DNA of 63,278 bases, counting the filler, from Octopus bimaculoides (lineage: Eukaryota), in NCBI RefSeq assembly GCF_001194135.2. It is 6 parts of 6 records of this genome, joined end to end, with 100 filler letters (N's around TTAATTAATTAA, not from the genome) between each part and the next. Parts side by side here need not be neighbours in the genome. Positions count along the whole stretch, not along the records: positions 1 to 30,231 come from NC_068996.1; positions 30,332 to 35,496 come from NC_069010.1; positions 35,597 to 38,248 come from NW_026398638.1; 3 more parts are not named here. One strand, written 5' to 3'. Both the position numbers and the translations under genes were made by a program. The notes beneath the pieces are model-generated. The model saw nothing but the letters and a program-made list of their open reading frames with translations. It did not search any database and was not told where the DNA came from. Positions 24,171-35,639 of the stretch are shown here, in pieces. How positions within the stretch are numbered: position 1 is the first letter of the stretch; each line of letters starts with the position of its first letter.

Positions 24171-25317
24171 TAGTTGATATTTTTAAACCCCAATTATTCA
24201 CACATACACATCTTACACACTCATACATACACACACACATAGTATGCGTTAGTGTAAGCATTTACGTGTATGCACTTGTGTATGTGTGTGTATAAACATA
24301 ATACATACATAAATGCACATATATACGCATCTGTTTATACACACACGCATATATATCTTTGTGTGTGTGTGTATGTGCGAGTGTTTAAGAGAGATAGTAT
24401 GAGATAGTTTTGAGAGATAAAAACAATTTAAGTTTAGCGCACGTGCCTCGGTGTCTTTGTGTGTGTGCGCGTGCGCGCGTATGCGATGGACTTGAGGACG
24501 TTTTTAACTGACATCTGTTGTCAAATTACCAACCCTTTAACACTTAGCTACACTTCTCACAAATGCTCCACCTTTTCTTTTATCAATTGTCTTCTCTCTA
24601 CAACTTTGAANNNNNNNNNNNNNNNNNNNNNNNNNNNNNNNNNNNNNNNNNNNNNNNNNNNNNNNNNNNNNNNNNNNNNNNNNNNNNNNNNNNNNNNNNN
24701 NNNNNNNNNNNNNNNNNNNNNNNNNNNNNNNNNNNNNNNNNNNNNNNNNNNNNNNNNNNNNNNNNNNNNNNNNNNNNNNNNNNNNNNNNNNNNNNNNNNN
24801 NNNNNNNNNNNNNNNNNNNNNNNNNNNNNNNNNNNNNNNNNNNNNNNNNNNNNNNNNNNNNNNNNNNNNNNNNNNNNNNNNNNNNNNNNNNNNNNNNNNN
24901 NNNNNNNNNNNNNNNNNNNNNNNNNNNNNNNNNNNNNNNNNNNNNNNNNNNNNNNNNNNNNNNNNNNNNNNNNNNNNNNNNNNNNNNNNNNNNNNNNNNN
25001 NNNNNNNNNNNNNNNNNNNNNNNNNNNNNNNNNNNNNNNNNNNNNNNNNNNNNNNNNNNNNNNNNNNNNNNNNNNNNNNNNNNNNNNNNNNNNNNNNNNN
25101 NNNNNNNNNNNNNNNNNNNNNNNNNNNNNNNNNNNNNNNNNNNNNNNNNNNNNNNNNNNNNNNNNNNNNNNNNNNNNNNNNNNNNNNNNNNNNNNNNNNN
25201 NNNNNNNNNNNNNNNNNNNNNNNNNNNNNNNNNNNNNNNNNNNNNNNNNNNNNNNNNNNNNNNNNNNNNNNNNNCAAGATTCTTTATGTGATTTCGTGTG
25301 TTGAAGCATATTTTGTT

Positions 25318-26359
25318 GTGTCTGGGGAGAGTCATTCTCTATTATTTAACAAACACACACCGGTAAAGTTTCCACTCGTTTATATATTTTTCCTAAAATT
25401 TTCGTTGCGTCTTGCAACCTTTTCAATAGTCGTTGACTCTGTCCGTTATTCACACTGCGTTCTCTTAGTTTGTTTGTGCGCATGTGTGTGGGGGTCAGTG
25501 TGTGTACGCATACACATGTATGTATGTATGTATGTATGTATGTATGTATGCATGTATATGTGTCTGCGTATGTCTATGTATGTGTGTACGTTTGTATATG
25601 TATTCTGCATATTCATGCATTTGTGTGGTTTTATGTGTGTGTGTGTATACCTTTGTCTCCTTGCGTGAGCATGTCTGAGTGTGTGTGTGTGTGGAGGGGG
25701 TTGTGACTATGTACTGTGTTTGTGTGTATGGATGTGTGTTTCCATGTGTCCTTGTGTGAAGTGAAGAGTGTGTGTATATGGTCATATGTTTCATTTTTCA
25801 TTTGCGTATGTGCGTGTGTATGTGTGCGTATACAGGCGGATAGGTACACAGGTAATATGAACAAATAAGCACACATTCGCAAATGAAAACTGAAACACAT
25901 GATCATACACACACACACACATATGGAGATACACATCCATACATACAGACATAGCACATAGTCAACCTCCCCCACACAGACACACTCACACATGCACACA
26001 CACACATAAAACACAAACATAAATATGCAGAATACGTACATACAAACGTACACACACACACACATATATATATATACATACGTACTACACACACACACAT
26101 ACATGCATACACACGCATACATACATACATACACTACATACATGAGTATGTGCACACACTGATCCGCACACTTGTGCACAAACAAACAAACAAACAAACA
26201 AAAAGAACGCAGCTCGGATAACGGACAGAGTCAACAACTATTAAAAAGGTTGCAAGACGCAACGAAGATTTTAGGAAAAATATATAAGTAAATGAGTGGA
26301 AACTACCGGTGAGTGCATTAAATAATAAGGCACTAAAAGAGAATGGCTCTCCCCAGACA
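25318..26359. repeat. ~1 kb imperfect inverted repeat (foldback), arms ~500 bp, loop ~25815-25870
   Basis: Complex sequence 25318-25480 is the reverse complement of 26175-26359. The inner parts also pair (GTTTCATTTTTCATTTGCG vs CGCAAATGAAAACTGAAAC; GGAGGGGGTTGTGACTATG vs CATAGTCAACCTCCCCC). Confidence 0.88.
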
Positions 26360-26779
26360 TTTCCAAATAAGTTTATCTTAATCTTTTTGATGTGACTCCA
26401 CTCTATACTGTTGTCTCCCCATATCCTTTTCTCTCATTCCCTTATTTCTCCGCTTCACCGTTCTCTCTCTCTCTCTTTCTTCCCTCTTTTTCCTTTACTC
26501 TCTCTCTCGTTGCTCACCCGTGACCATTGTCCACCTTTCTTTTCCTCACGCGATCATCTTTCTTTTCTTTCAGGGCTGTCCTAAGGACTAGACTACCCTA
26601 TCTCTCTCTTGTCAAAGAAAATATTTCTCCAGCGTTCACAATTTTACTCTTGTTCTGGTCTAACCACCCTCCATGATTGTTTTCGTTCGGTTTTCTTGTA
26701 TGTCTCCACTGTCCTATTTTTATTCTCAACTTTGACGCTCCATAAATCTTAAATCTTATTTTGGTATTTATGCGAGCAA

Positions 26780-26970
26780 CTGTTTTCGAAGACTCATATT
26801 ATTATTCAGTGCTCGAAATGAGGACTAGACAGCCGACGACTGATGAAGGGTAGTTCTTTATGTTACTTGTCCTGTTTTCCATTTATTTCTCTCGTTGTTT
26901 GCATTTTGAACTCATTTGTTTTCGTATTTCATGTTGTTTACTGTTGGTGACGTCCTGTAACCATATATGC
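26780..26970 (+). repeat. Dispersed repeat (second copy ~33410-33600, minus), possibly PLE-terminal
   Basis: Shared TAGACA.CCGAC..CTGATGAAGGGT...TGGTGA.GTCCTGTA.CCATATATGCAT in both copies. Confidence 0.5.
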
Positions 26971-26980
26971 ATGTGTGTGC

Positions 26981-27019
<39 letters not shown>

Positions 27020-27954
27020 CGCTACCACAATGACCTCACATTTTCTATATGAGTGTGTTCGCACGTTCGTTACCTACGTTAGACCAATGACTGACAAGTA
27101 TATATGTATGACAGTGTATGTGTCTCTTAGTATACATATATTTTTGAGACGACCGATACACACAGGGACAGAGAAAGACTTCAGATGTGCATTAATGTAC
27201 GTGTGTGCGTGTCTTAGTTTATGTAACTTTCTCCTGCCCAACAGTGAAACGCGCCGGTATTGAAAATTTAGCTGAGGCCTGGATTTTAAACGAACAACAA
27301 CGTTCACTTTGAAGTACTACCAACATGAAGATTTGGTTGATTTAATACCACTTACAATACTCGCAAATATATCTGAAAAAAAAAAATGTTATTCTGGTTA
27401 TTATAACAAATTCGGAAACTTGGAGAAGTAGAAAGCCTCAGTGGCTCTTTCAATATAATTACAGAAATGTTATTCCACTCCTTCTAACCAGTTTCAAGAC
27501 GACGCACAACCTTTTTACTACATTAGTTAATATTTATTTGCAGCCTATAACGTTACACAGTTAAAAATATGCAGTAATGTCAAATTAATTTATATCTTGC
27601 TACATACCTCCTTCAGGAAATATTTTAAATTAACGTTACAACAACAGCATCTTCCTTTCTTTACACTTGGTTCAGCGTTCGTTTCAAGATTGTAAAATAG
27701 ATTATTTTTGTAAAAAAAATTTAATTGTGCTTTCTGAATTTTCTTGGACTTTCGTTTTCTTCACCGTGATATTCAATCCTGAATTCTATATGATTTAGTA
27801 CATGTTCCCAATAAATGTTGAGTTTCTGTACGTTGTTACATTGGTGACTTTCCATTTTTTTTATAACTATGCTACAGAAAGTATGTTTTGCACCTATATT
27901 AACTACATTTAGTAACTTTCCAGTTTTTTATAGCATAACTATGCTATAGAAAGT

Positions 27955-28380
27955 ATGTTTTGCACCTATATTGACGACATTTCGTTTCGCTTGATCTTCG
28001 TATGTGTACATTTTGCTGTTTCCAATATCAAATTCTATGAATGTGTTTATGCGTTCCTCACGTCTATAGTAAACTTAGTAAAGAACATTTTACACTGTTT
28101 TAATGAGCCCACATATAATGAAATAGCCATCCTTATGGTTGGTGATCCCCATGAAAATCATGATATTCTCATTTGTGTTCAAGATAACAACCTTAAACGT
28201 GTTTCAGAGACTCATCCCTTTTATCATGCTCTCCGGTATACTCTTATTCTGTAGAATGGACAAGATGGGTATCATTCCAATATTCCACGGATTGAACCTG
28301 CAACAGGATAGCCAATTACAAACAAAAAGGTGTCATCAAATGACTTCTATTTTTACCAACTGATGTTAAGAACAGAACAA
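27955..28380 (+). mobile_element. Helitron RepHel N-terminal remnant
   Basis: FNEPTYNEIAILMVGD..HDILI..LKRVSETHPFYHALRY..GQDGYHSNIP..KKVSSNDFYFYQLMLR matches conserved Helitron segments. Confidence 0.78.
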
Positions 28381-29139
28381 TCAAATCAGTTACACATGTC
28401 AAATAAACTTTCTTTCATTTACATATTTTCTACATTATCTCAACAACCAGCTATAGTTATTTCAAATACACTTCTCTACAACGACCAGATTTCATTAGAA
28501 AATGAAAATAGTTTCACTTTCAATTTGAAGCAAAATTACAGTGTTGCATTACGAGAGTGACAACGTGTGAATAATGAAAGTAATGTTTCTCTGAATTAGT
28601 CACGTCTGTATTATAATAAAGAAAGCTTTTTTGACTCCACAACTCTTTTTTACAACTAAATTAACTACGTTGGGTCGCACAATTTTCAGGTCATATTCGG
28701 ACGATATTTCGTTTTGCTTCCAGTGTTTCACGCATGCATAGAATTCTACCCAGACAAACATTTATGAAAATGTACACATAAATATTGTATTAAAATAAGC
28801 CACAATAAAAAAAAATTACATTAAAAGACATCCATTTTTCTGTTATGAGAAAAACAGTCACAAACACACACACACACATANNNNNNNNNNCTCTCTCTCT
28901 CTCACGCACAAAAAAGATGTATACATATGTATTTATGGGCAAAGGTGAAGAATACGCACTCCCGGTGTTTAGGGTTAGGGTTACGCCGAAAACGGGTGGT
29001 GTGCGTATTCTTTACCTCCGCTATATATGTGTGTATGAAAGATAATGTGTGTGTGTGAGAGAAAGAGAGAGAGAGAGACAGAGTACCACTTACACACATG
29101 CAAAACAATTCATACATCACAACGCATACCTTCACTCAG

Positions 29140-29198
<59 letters not shown>

Positions 29199-30231
29199 CA
29201 CACACGTCCATTTCATATATGCGTACATCTTACACTTTCTCCTCTCACTTTAAACCAAATGTCGCTTTTTCATTTTATCCTCTCTTTCAATTTCTGCTCT
29301 CTTCAAAGCATACAGAAATTTAAATAATTNNNNNNNNNNNNNNNNNNNNNNNNNNNNNNNNNNNNNNNNNNNNNNNNNNNNNNNNNNNNNNNNNNNNNNN
29401 NNNNNNNNNNNNNNNNNNNNNNNNNNNNNNNNNNNNNNNNNNNNNNNNNNNNNNNNNNNNNNNNNNNNNNNNNNNNNNNNNNNNNNNNNNNNNNNNNNNN
29501 NNNNNNNNNNNNNNNNNNNNNNNNNNNNNNNNNNNNNNNNNNNNNNNNNNNNNNNNNNNNNNNNNNNNNNNNNNNNNNNNNNNNNNNNNNNNNNNNNNNN
29601 NNNNNNNNNNNNNNNNNNGTAGAATTCTACGCATGCGAGAAACATCAGCAAAAAGTGAAAGAATGGGAGAATTTAGCTTTTTGAAAATTGCTAGGTGATG
29701 GGTGGGTGAGGTGGAGGAAGGGGCATTGAGTATTTCTTTAAGAAAAATTAAACTATAATATATATATATGTATATATATCCCAGATTCGTAATCTCTGTA
29801 TTTTTCTACATAGATAACAAAAAATTCGAAAAAAGTTACAAATTAAGAAATTGCGGTATGGATAGGGGGAAATTTAGATATTGAAAATGTAATTTCTGGA
29901 CAAAATCGTATTAACCCCCTTTTATTCGATGAAACAATACATAGTTTCTGATCCTTCTTAAGAACAGGAAGCACTTTCATGCAAATTGTACCCTCGTCCT
30001 TCACTATTAAACAAACAATAACTTCCATTCTTCCATTAACTGTATATCAACTGTGCCGATTCTGCCCATAAGAAATGAGCAAATAATACGTGTTTGTAGG
30101 CCATAACATCTGGGCAATGCCGGGAAGCATTGCTAGTGTATATATATATATATGTAGTGAAACTACCTATCGTCACTAAATACAAAACTACTATCGCCAT
30201 TACATACAATCTTCTCATTTAAATATAAATA

Positions 30232-30331
30232 NNNNNNNNNNNNNNNNNNNNNNNNNNNNNNNNNNNNNNNNNNNNTTAATTAATTAANNNNNNNNNNNNN
30301 NNNNNNNNNNNNNNNNNNNNNNNNNNNNNNN
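30232..30331. other. Artificial scaffold spacer N44-TTAATTAATTAA-N44
   Basis: Exactly 100 bp; the 12-mer gives stops in all six frames. Repeated at 35497-35596, ~38249-38348, 49172-49271 and 61866-61965. Confidence 0.95.
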
Positions 30332-30380
30332 AACCCTAACCCTAACCCTAACCCTAACCTTAGGGTTAGGGTTAGGGTTA
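30332..30380. repeat. Inverted telomere-like repeat (CCCTAA)n/(TTAGGG)n
   Basis: Perfect 20-bp arms 30337-30356 and 30361-30380 around a 4-nt loop ACCT. Confidence 0.85.
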
Positions 30381-30629
30381 ATTGTTTCAGAATCGTTTGT
30401 TTATGTAGTCGGCACTTAATGTATATCGGCTGAATGGACGTCAGTGATTGGTTGAAATTACAGAAATACGACAACTTTAACATGGAATAACTTATGGATT
30501 TCTTTTTTTTTTAAGAAGACTAAGAGAAAAAGATGACACATTCTACCAGTGTTCCAACTTTCAAAGTGTTTCGTTAATGAAAAATGTGGGCCCCCGTTTT
30601 AAAAAAGATCCGAATTTGGTAAATATGGA

Positions 30630-31000
30630 AGCCTTCCACTCTGATCTTGATTTGGAAGTTGAGTAGAGAGAGGGTTCTGGATTCGTCTGGATGTTCAATC
30701 TCGTATTTGATGTTTGTCGGTGTTATTAAAGGTCTGGTTTATGTTAATGGCCTTATCCCTGGAAGATGTAATGATAAGGATGTCATCAACGTACCTGGAG
30801 AAGAAGATGCATGAGCGACAGGTATTGAGTACTGTGCATTCTAGCTTATCCATGTACATGATAGCCAGCGAGCCTGAAAGGTTAGATCCCATAGGTAGGC
30901 CGGAAGTCTGTTTGTAAATCACACTGTTATATTGGAAGTAGGTGTTACCATCTATACTGGTTAGTAACTCTTGCCAATGCAACACCAATGTCCTCTCACT
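30630..31000 (-). mobile_element. Penelope-like RT fragment (third PLE lineage)
   Basis: TYFQYNSVIYKQTSGLPMGSNLSGSLAIMYMDKLE..FSRYVDDILII..EIEHPDESRTLSLL. Confidence 0.88.
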
Positions 31001-31039
31001 GATTAACCGGAGATTGATTTTTAAAATGAGGATATCTGA

Positions 31040-31107
31040 AATAAACTCAACTGCTCTCACAAATGAGAATGATAAAAATGAACCTTACCATTCTCAAAAA
31101 TTAAGTG

Positions 31108-31142
<35 letters not shown>

Positions 31143-31330
31143 AAAAATAATTTAGAATCCTTGTCTGGTACTGGATTGATCCCAAAACCTAATGAGTTTG
31201 TGCCAGTCATGAGTCCAAACATCCCTGAAAGTTTCATCCATATCCATCCAGTGGTTCTTGAGATATCTTGTCCACAGACAAACAAACAAACATAGCTGAA
31301 AACAATAGCTCTGCCAAGGTGGAGGTAATA
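31040..31330 (+). mobile_element. Helentron/DINE-like non-autonomous element end
   Basis: GAAAGTTTCATCC..GTGGTTCTTGAGATATC..(CAAA)n followed by the terminal hairpin CTCTGCC-AA-GGTGGAG-GTAATAATA. Class assigned from recalled structure. Confidence 0.45.
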
Positions 31331-31369
31331 ATAATAATAATAATAATAATATTAATAGTAACAATAATA

Positions 31370-31812
31370 ATCCTTTCTACTATAGGCACAAGGCCTGAAA
31401 TTTGAAGAAGCGGGATAATCGATTGTATATCACTCTCAGTACATAACTCCTACTTGGTTTATCAACTCCGAAAGGATGAAAGGCAAGTCGACTTTGGTGG
31501 AATTTGAACTCACAACATAATGCTGCTAAGCATTTTGTCTGGTGTGCTAATGGTTCTGCCAGCTGACCACCTTAAATAGCAATAATAATAATAATGCTTT
31601 CTAGTATAGGCACAAGGCCTAGATTTTGTGGAGAGGTGGGATATTCAACCACATCGACCCCAGTACTAAACTGGTACTTAATTTATCGACCCTGAAAGGA
31701 TGAAAGGCAAAGTCGACCTCGGTGGAATTTGAACTCGGTTCGTAGCAGCAGACAAAATACTGCTAAGCATTTCACCTGACATACTAACGATTCTGCCAAC
31801 TCGTTGCCTTAA
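31370..31812 (-). mobile_element. Two tandem SINE family B copies (31370-31575, 31600-31812)
   Basis: Each has AGGCACAAGGCCT...GAAAGGATGAAAGGCAA.GTCGAC...GAATTTGAACTC...TTCTGCCA and is preceded by an (AAT)n tail. Confidence 0.85.
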
Positions 31813-32659
31813 TTAATCATAATGAAGAAGAAGAAGAAGAAGAAGGTGGTAATCCAGTAGAATAGAACTGGAAACTTCGTCGGACATCACTGTTTTAAAC
31901 ATCTGAGATTGTGATTAGATATAACTATAGGAAAGTAGTTGAAGCGAATCACGTCGGGGGTCACCAATTATAGGAAAGTAGTTATACACCATTAGGTGTA
32001 CACCCGCTTTCCTATATTAAACTCAAAAGAAACAACGAAACACTGACTCTGAACTATCAACACAACAATATATATTTATGGAGGAAATAGGCATCTTTAA
32101 TCTTGGTTGCTGAGACGCCTTCTGTGAGAGAGCTCTGTTGGACATCTGTCCTCTTCGCTGGCCGGCGAGAAAAGAGAATGAAAAGAGNNNNNNNNNNCTT
32201 CGCTGGCCGGCGAGAAAAGAGAATGAAAAGAGCGGGAACGTTTTAGATGTTGAATTCCACGCATGCGCACGAGACAAGGCGTTACTACATAACGATGTAA
32301 CGATTTTTCACTTTTAAATAATTACTGTAACTTTGAAGGTTTCACACAATTCTGTTGTATACACACATTATTACAGCCTTAAAGTAAATCTTCATCAGCT
32401 CACCATTTCCAGATTTAAACAGTGGATCCATGTGTTGTGCCTTTTTACCAAAATAGAAAGATGTTCTCTCGTTAGAGTTTGTCAAAGGTTTTCTCCATTA
32501 AATTCTGACAAAAACGTGCACCTTTAGCAGTAAATTTGCATCATGTCAGAATGAAGCAGTGAGGCTGGTTCTACAATTGCAGACGTAATACATAATGTGT
32601 ATATTAGGGTACTGCAAACACAACTTTTTAACTCGCAGACAGATGTACACACATGTGCA

Positions 32660-32810
32660 GTAATGAAGTTCAATCCTCATCGACGTGATATCAGGTTTAG
32701 TCCCTCTGTGTGGCACCCTGAGCAAGTGTCTTCGACTATGGCAGCAACCCCGGACCAACCAATGCGTCATGAGTGGATTCAATAGACGGAAACTGAAAGA
32801 AGCCCACATT
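32660..32810 (+). mobile_element. SINE family A head fragment
   Basis: GGTTTAGTCCC..GTGGCACCCTGAGCAAGTGTCTTC..GACGGAAACTGAAAGAAGCCC. Confidence 0.7.
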
Positions 32811-32984
32811 GCAATGACATGGAAAGAAACTGAGGTATGATTGGTGTTCTGTGTTGTCACCTTCCAGTCAACAAATCGTTTGGAAGATCTGATCTTTAGA
32901 AGAAGACTCCTTTATTTAAAATTGAAAAACAAGTCGGAGTTAAAATTAGAAACGGCATCTGACTGTGAAACAATACTAACTCAA

Positions 32985-33295
32985 TATATATTTTTCTAAT
33001 TCGAGCGAGATCGTTGCCAGTGCCGCCGAACTGGCTTTTGAGCAGGTAGCACGTAAAATACACCATCTTGAGCGTGGCCGTTGCCAGTACCGCCTGACTG
33101 GCCTTCGTGCCGGTGGCACGTAAAAGCACCTACTACACTCTCGGAGTGGTTGGCATTAGGAAGGGCATTCAGCTGTAGAAACTGTGCCAAATCAGATTGG
33201 AGCCTGGTGTAGCCATCTGGTTTCACCAATCCTCAGTCAAATCGTCCAACCCATGCTAGCATGGAAAGCGGACGTTAAACGACGATGATGATGAC
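32985..33295 (+). mobile_element. Family C repeat (RTE-type tail, (GAT)n end)
   Basis: CACTCTCGGAGTGGTTGGCATTAGGAAGGGCAT...GCATGGAAAGCGGACGTTAAACGACGATGATGATG. Confidence 0.78.
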
Positions 33296-33619
33296 GATAT
33301 GTTAGCAAGGGAAAACAAACATAATGATATACGTAAGTAGATACAAATACACACACACACACATATATATATATAAATAAATAATATAATATTATATGTA
33401 CATGCATATATGGGTACAGGACATCACCAACGATGCAAATAACATACACTTGAGAAATAGATACAAGATGTGGACTGTAATTACAGGACAAAAAAAGTGA
33501 AATACGCAGACAACAAGAAAAAGTGGCAGACAGAACAAATTAACACAGTAAAAGGACCCTTCATCAGCTGTCGGTTGTCTATCTACTCCTTTTCCTGTGT
33601 TAACTTTGCCTTTTTTTTC

Positions 33620-33947
33620 CCATTTTTACTTATTGCTTACGTATTTCACAGAAGCAAGGTAACTGAGTTCCTTTTGAGCATTGGGCCTCATGGAAGCAAA
33701 GTGGCTGAGTTCCGTCCAAGTGTTGGACCTCATGCAGGTATTGTGTCATGCTTGAGGAGACTCACCAAGCAGAGCAAAATCGCAGTCATGGCAGATACCG
33801 GTATCGTGCAAATGGCACCCATTACACTCTCGGAGTGGTTGGTATTTAGGAAGGGCATCCAGCCATAGAAAACCAGGCCAAATCAGACTGGATCCTGGCA
33901 CAGCCTTCCCATGCCAGCGTATACAATGGACGTTAAATGATGATGAT
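33620..33947 (+). mobile_element. Family C repeat
   Basis: ACACTCTCGGAGTGGTTGG..AGGAAGGGCATCCAGCC..TGGACGTTAAATGATGATGAT, then a gap. Confidence 0.72.
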
Positions 33948-34791
33948 NNNNNNNNNNNNNNNNNNNNNNNNNNNNNNNNNNNNNNNNNNNNNNNNNNNNN
34001 NNNNNNNNNNNNNNNNNNNNNNNNNNNNNNNNNNNNNNNNNNNNNNNNNNNNNNNNNNNNNNNNNNNNNNNNNNNNNNNNNNNNNNNNNNNNNNNNNNNN
34101 NNNNNNNNNNNNNNNNNNNNNNNNNNNNNNNNNNNNNNNNNNNNNNNNNNNNNNNNNNNNNNNNNNNNNNNNNNNNNNNNNNNNNNNNNNNNNNNNNNNN
34201 NNNNNNNNNNNNNNNNNNNNNNNNNNNNNNNNNNNNNNNNNNNNNNNNNNNNNNNNNNNNNNNNNNNNNNNNNNNNNNNNNNNNNNNNNNNNNNNNNNNN
34301 NNNNNNNNNNNNNNNNNNNNNNNNNNNNNNNNNNNNNNNNNNNNNNNNNNNNNNNNNNNNNNNNNNNNNNNNNNNNNNNNNNNNNNNNNNNNNNNNNNNN
34401 NNNNNNNNNNNNNNNNNNNNNNNNNNNNNNNNNNNNNNNNNNNNNNNNNNNNNNNNNNNNNNNNNNNNNNNNNNNNNNNNNNNNNNNNNNNNNNNNNNNN
34501 NNNNNNNNNNNNNNNNNNNNNNNNNNNNNNNNNNNNNNNNNNNNNNNNNNNNNNNNNNNNNNNNNNNNNNNNNNNNNNNNNNNNNNNNNNNNNNNNNNNN
34601 NNNNNNNNNNNNNNNNNNNNNNNNNNNNNNNNNNNNNNNNNNNNNNNNNNNNNNNNNNNNNNNNNNNNNNNNNNNNNNNNNNNNNNNNNNNNNNNNNNNN
34701 NNNNNNNNNNNNNNNNNNNNNNNNNNNNNNNNNNNNNNNNNNNNNNNNNNNNNNNNNNNNNNNNNNNNNNNNNNNNNNNNNNNNNNNNNNN

Positions 34792-35497
34792 CAGAGCCAG
34801 AAATCAGGGATCTGGAACTATCCAGTAATTTTTGCCAGTTTATTTTGTCTCTTCGTCTTTGCTCCTGTGTGCTATATGAACATTTTATTGTGTTTTAGAG
34901 TCAAGATTTGGCTGCTATTTCCAGCATAGCGGTATCTCATCGATACCCTAAATTATAATTTTAAAAAATTGTTACCTTTGATGGTTTTTATTCCCATGCT
35001 GGCCACTTGATAAAAAATCGATATCTAACTATCGATCTTATCCTTATTTATATAAATTTATTTCGTCATTACATTCACTGCGATGATATTCTGACCGTAT
35101 CGCACAAGGAGTTTTTTTGGCGGGCAGTTTAAACTGGTCGTCTGCATACGTGCGCATATATATATGTATGTATACGTTCGTATATCGTATATTATGTATA
35201 TATATTTGTATTTTATGTGCTTTTCTGAGTGTATTCCACTGATGAGGCAAAGCATTTCTTATGCAAAGCCAGAAATCCAGGATCTGGAATTATCCAGTAA
35301 TTTTTGCTAGTTTATTTTGTTTTCTTCGTCTTCGCTCCTGTCTGCTATATGAACATTTTATTGTGGTATAGAGTCAAGCTTTGGCTGCTATTTTCAGCAT
35401 GGCGGTATCTCTTAGATACCCTAAATTATAATTTTAAATAATTGTTACCTTTAAATATCGATCTTATCCTTATTTATATAAATTTACATATATATAN
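34792..35497 (+). repeat. Tandem ~472-nt hammerhead-bearing unit (retrozyme-like or PLE-derived)
   Basis: 34795-35053 aligns with 35268-35485; the second copy has a ~50-nt deletion. Both copies carry the HHR 3' half GCCAGAAATC..GGATCTGGAA. Confidence 0.8.
35233..35290 (+). ncRNA. Type I hammerhead ribozyme (one extra A before GAAA)
   Basis: ATTCCA-CTGATGA-GGC AAA GCAT TTCTT ATGC AAA GCC-A-GAAA-TCC A GGA-TC-TGGAAT. 6-bp stem I, two-part stem II, stem III ATCC/GGAT. Predicted cleavage after AUC at C35284. Confidence 0.75.
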
Positions 35498-35596
35498 NNN
35501 NNNNNNNNNNNNNNNNNNNNNNNNNNNNNNNNNNNNNNNNTTAATTAATTAANNNNNNNNNNNNNNNNNNNNNNNNNNNNNNNNNNNNNNNNNNNN

Positions 35597-35638
<42 letters not shown>

Positions 35639-35639
35639 T

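Noticed and set aside
27850-27975. ~76-bp-period local tandem duplication (ATAACTATGCTA.AGAAAGTATGTTTTGCACCTATATT)
   Set aside because: An ordinary two-copy duplication at the edge of a Helitron remnant.
32146-32235. Direct repeat CTTCGCTGGCCGGCGAGAAAAGAGAATGAAAAGAG on both sides of a 10-N gap
   Set aside because: The pattern of an unmerged contig overlap, not a biological repeat or CRISPR.
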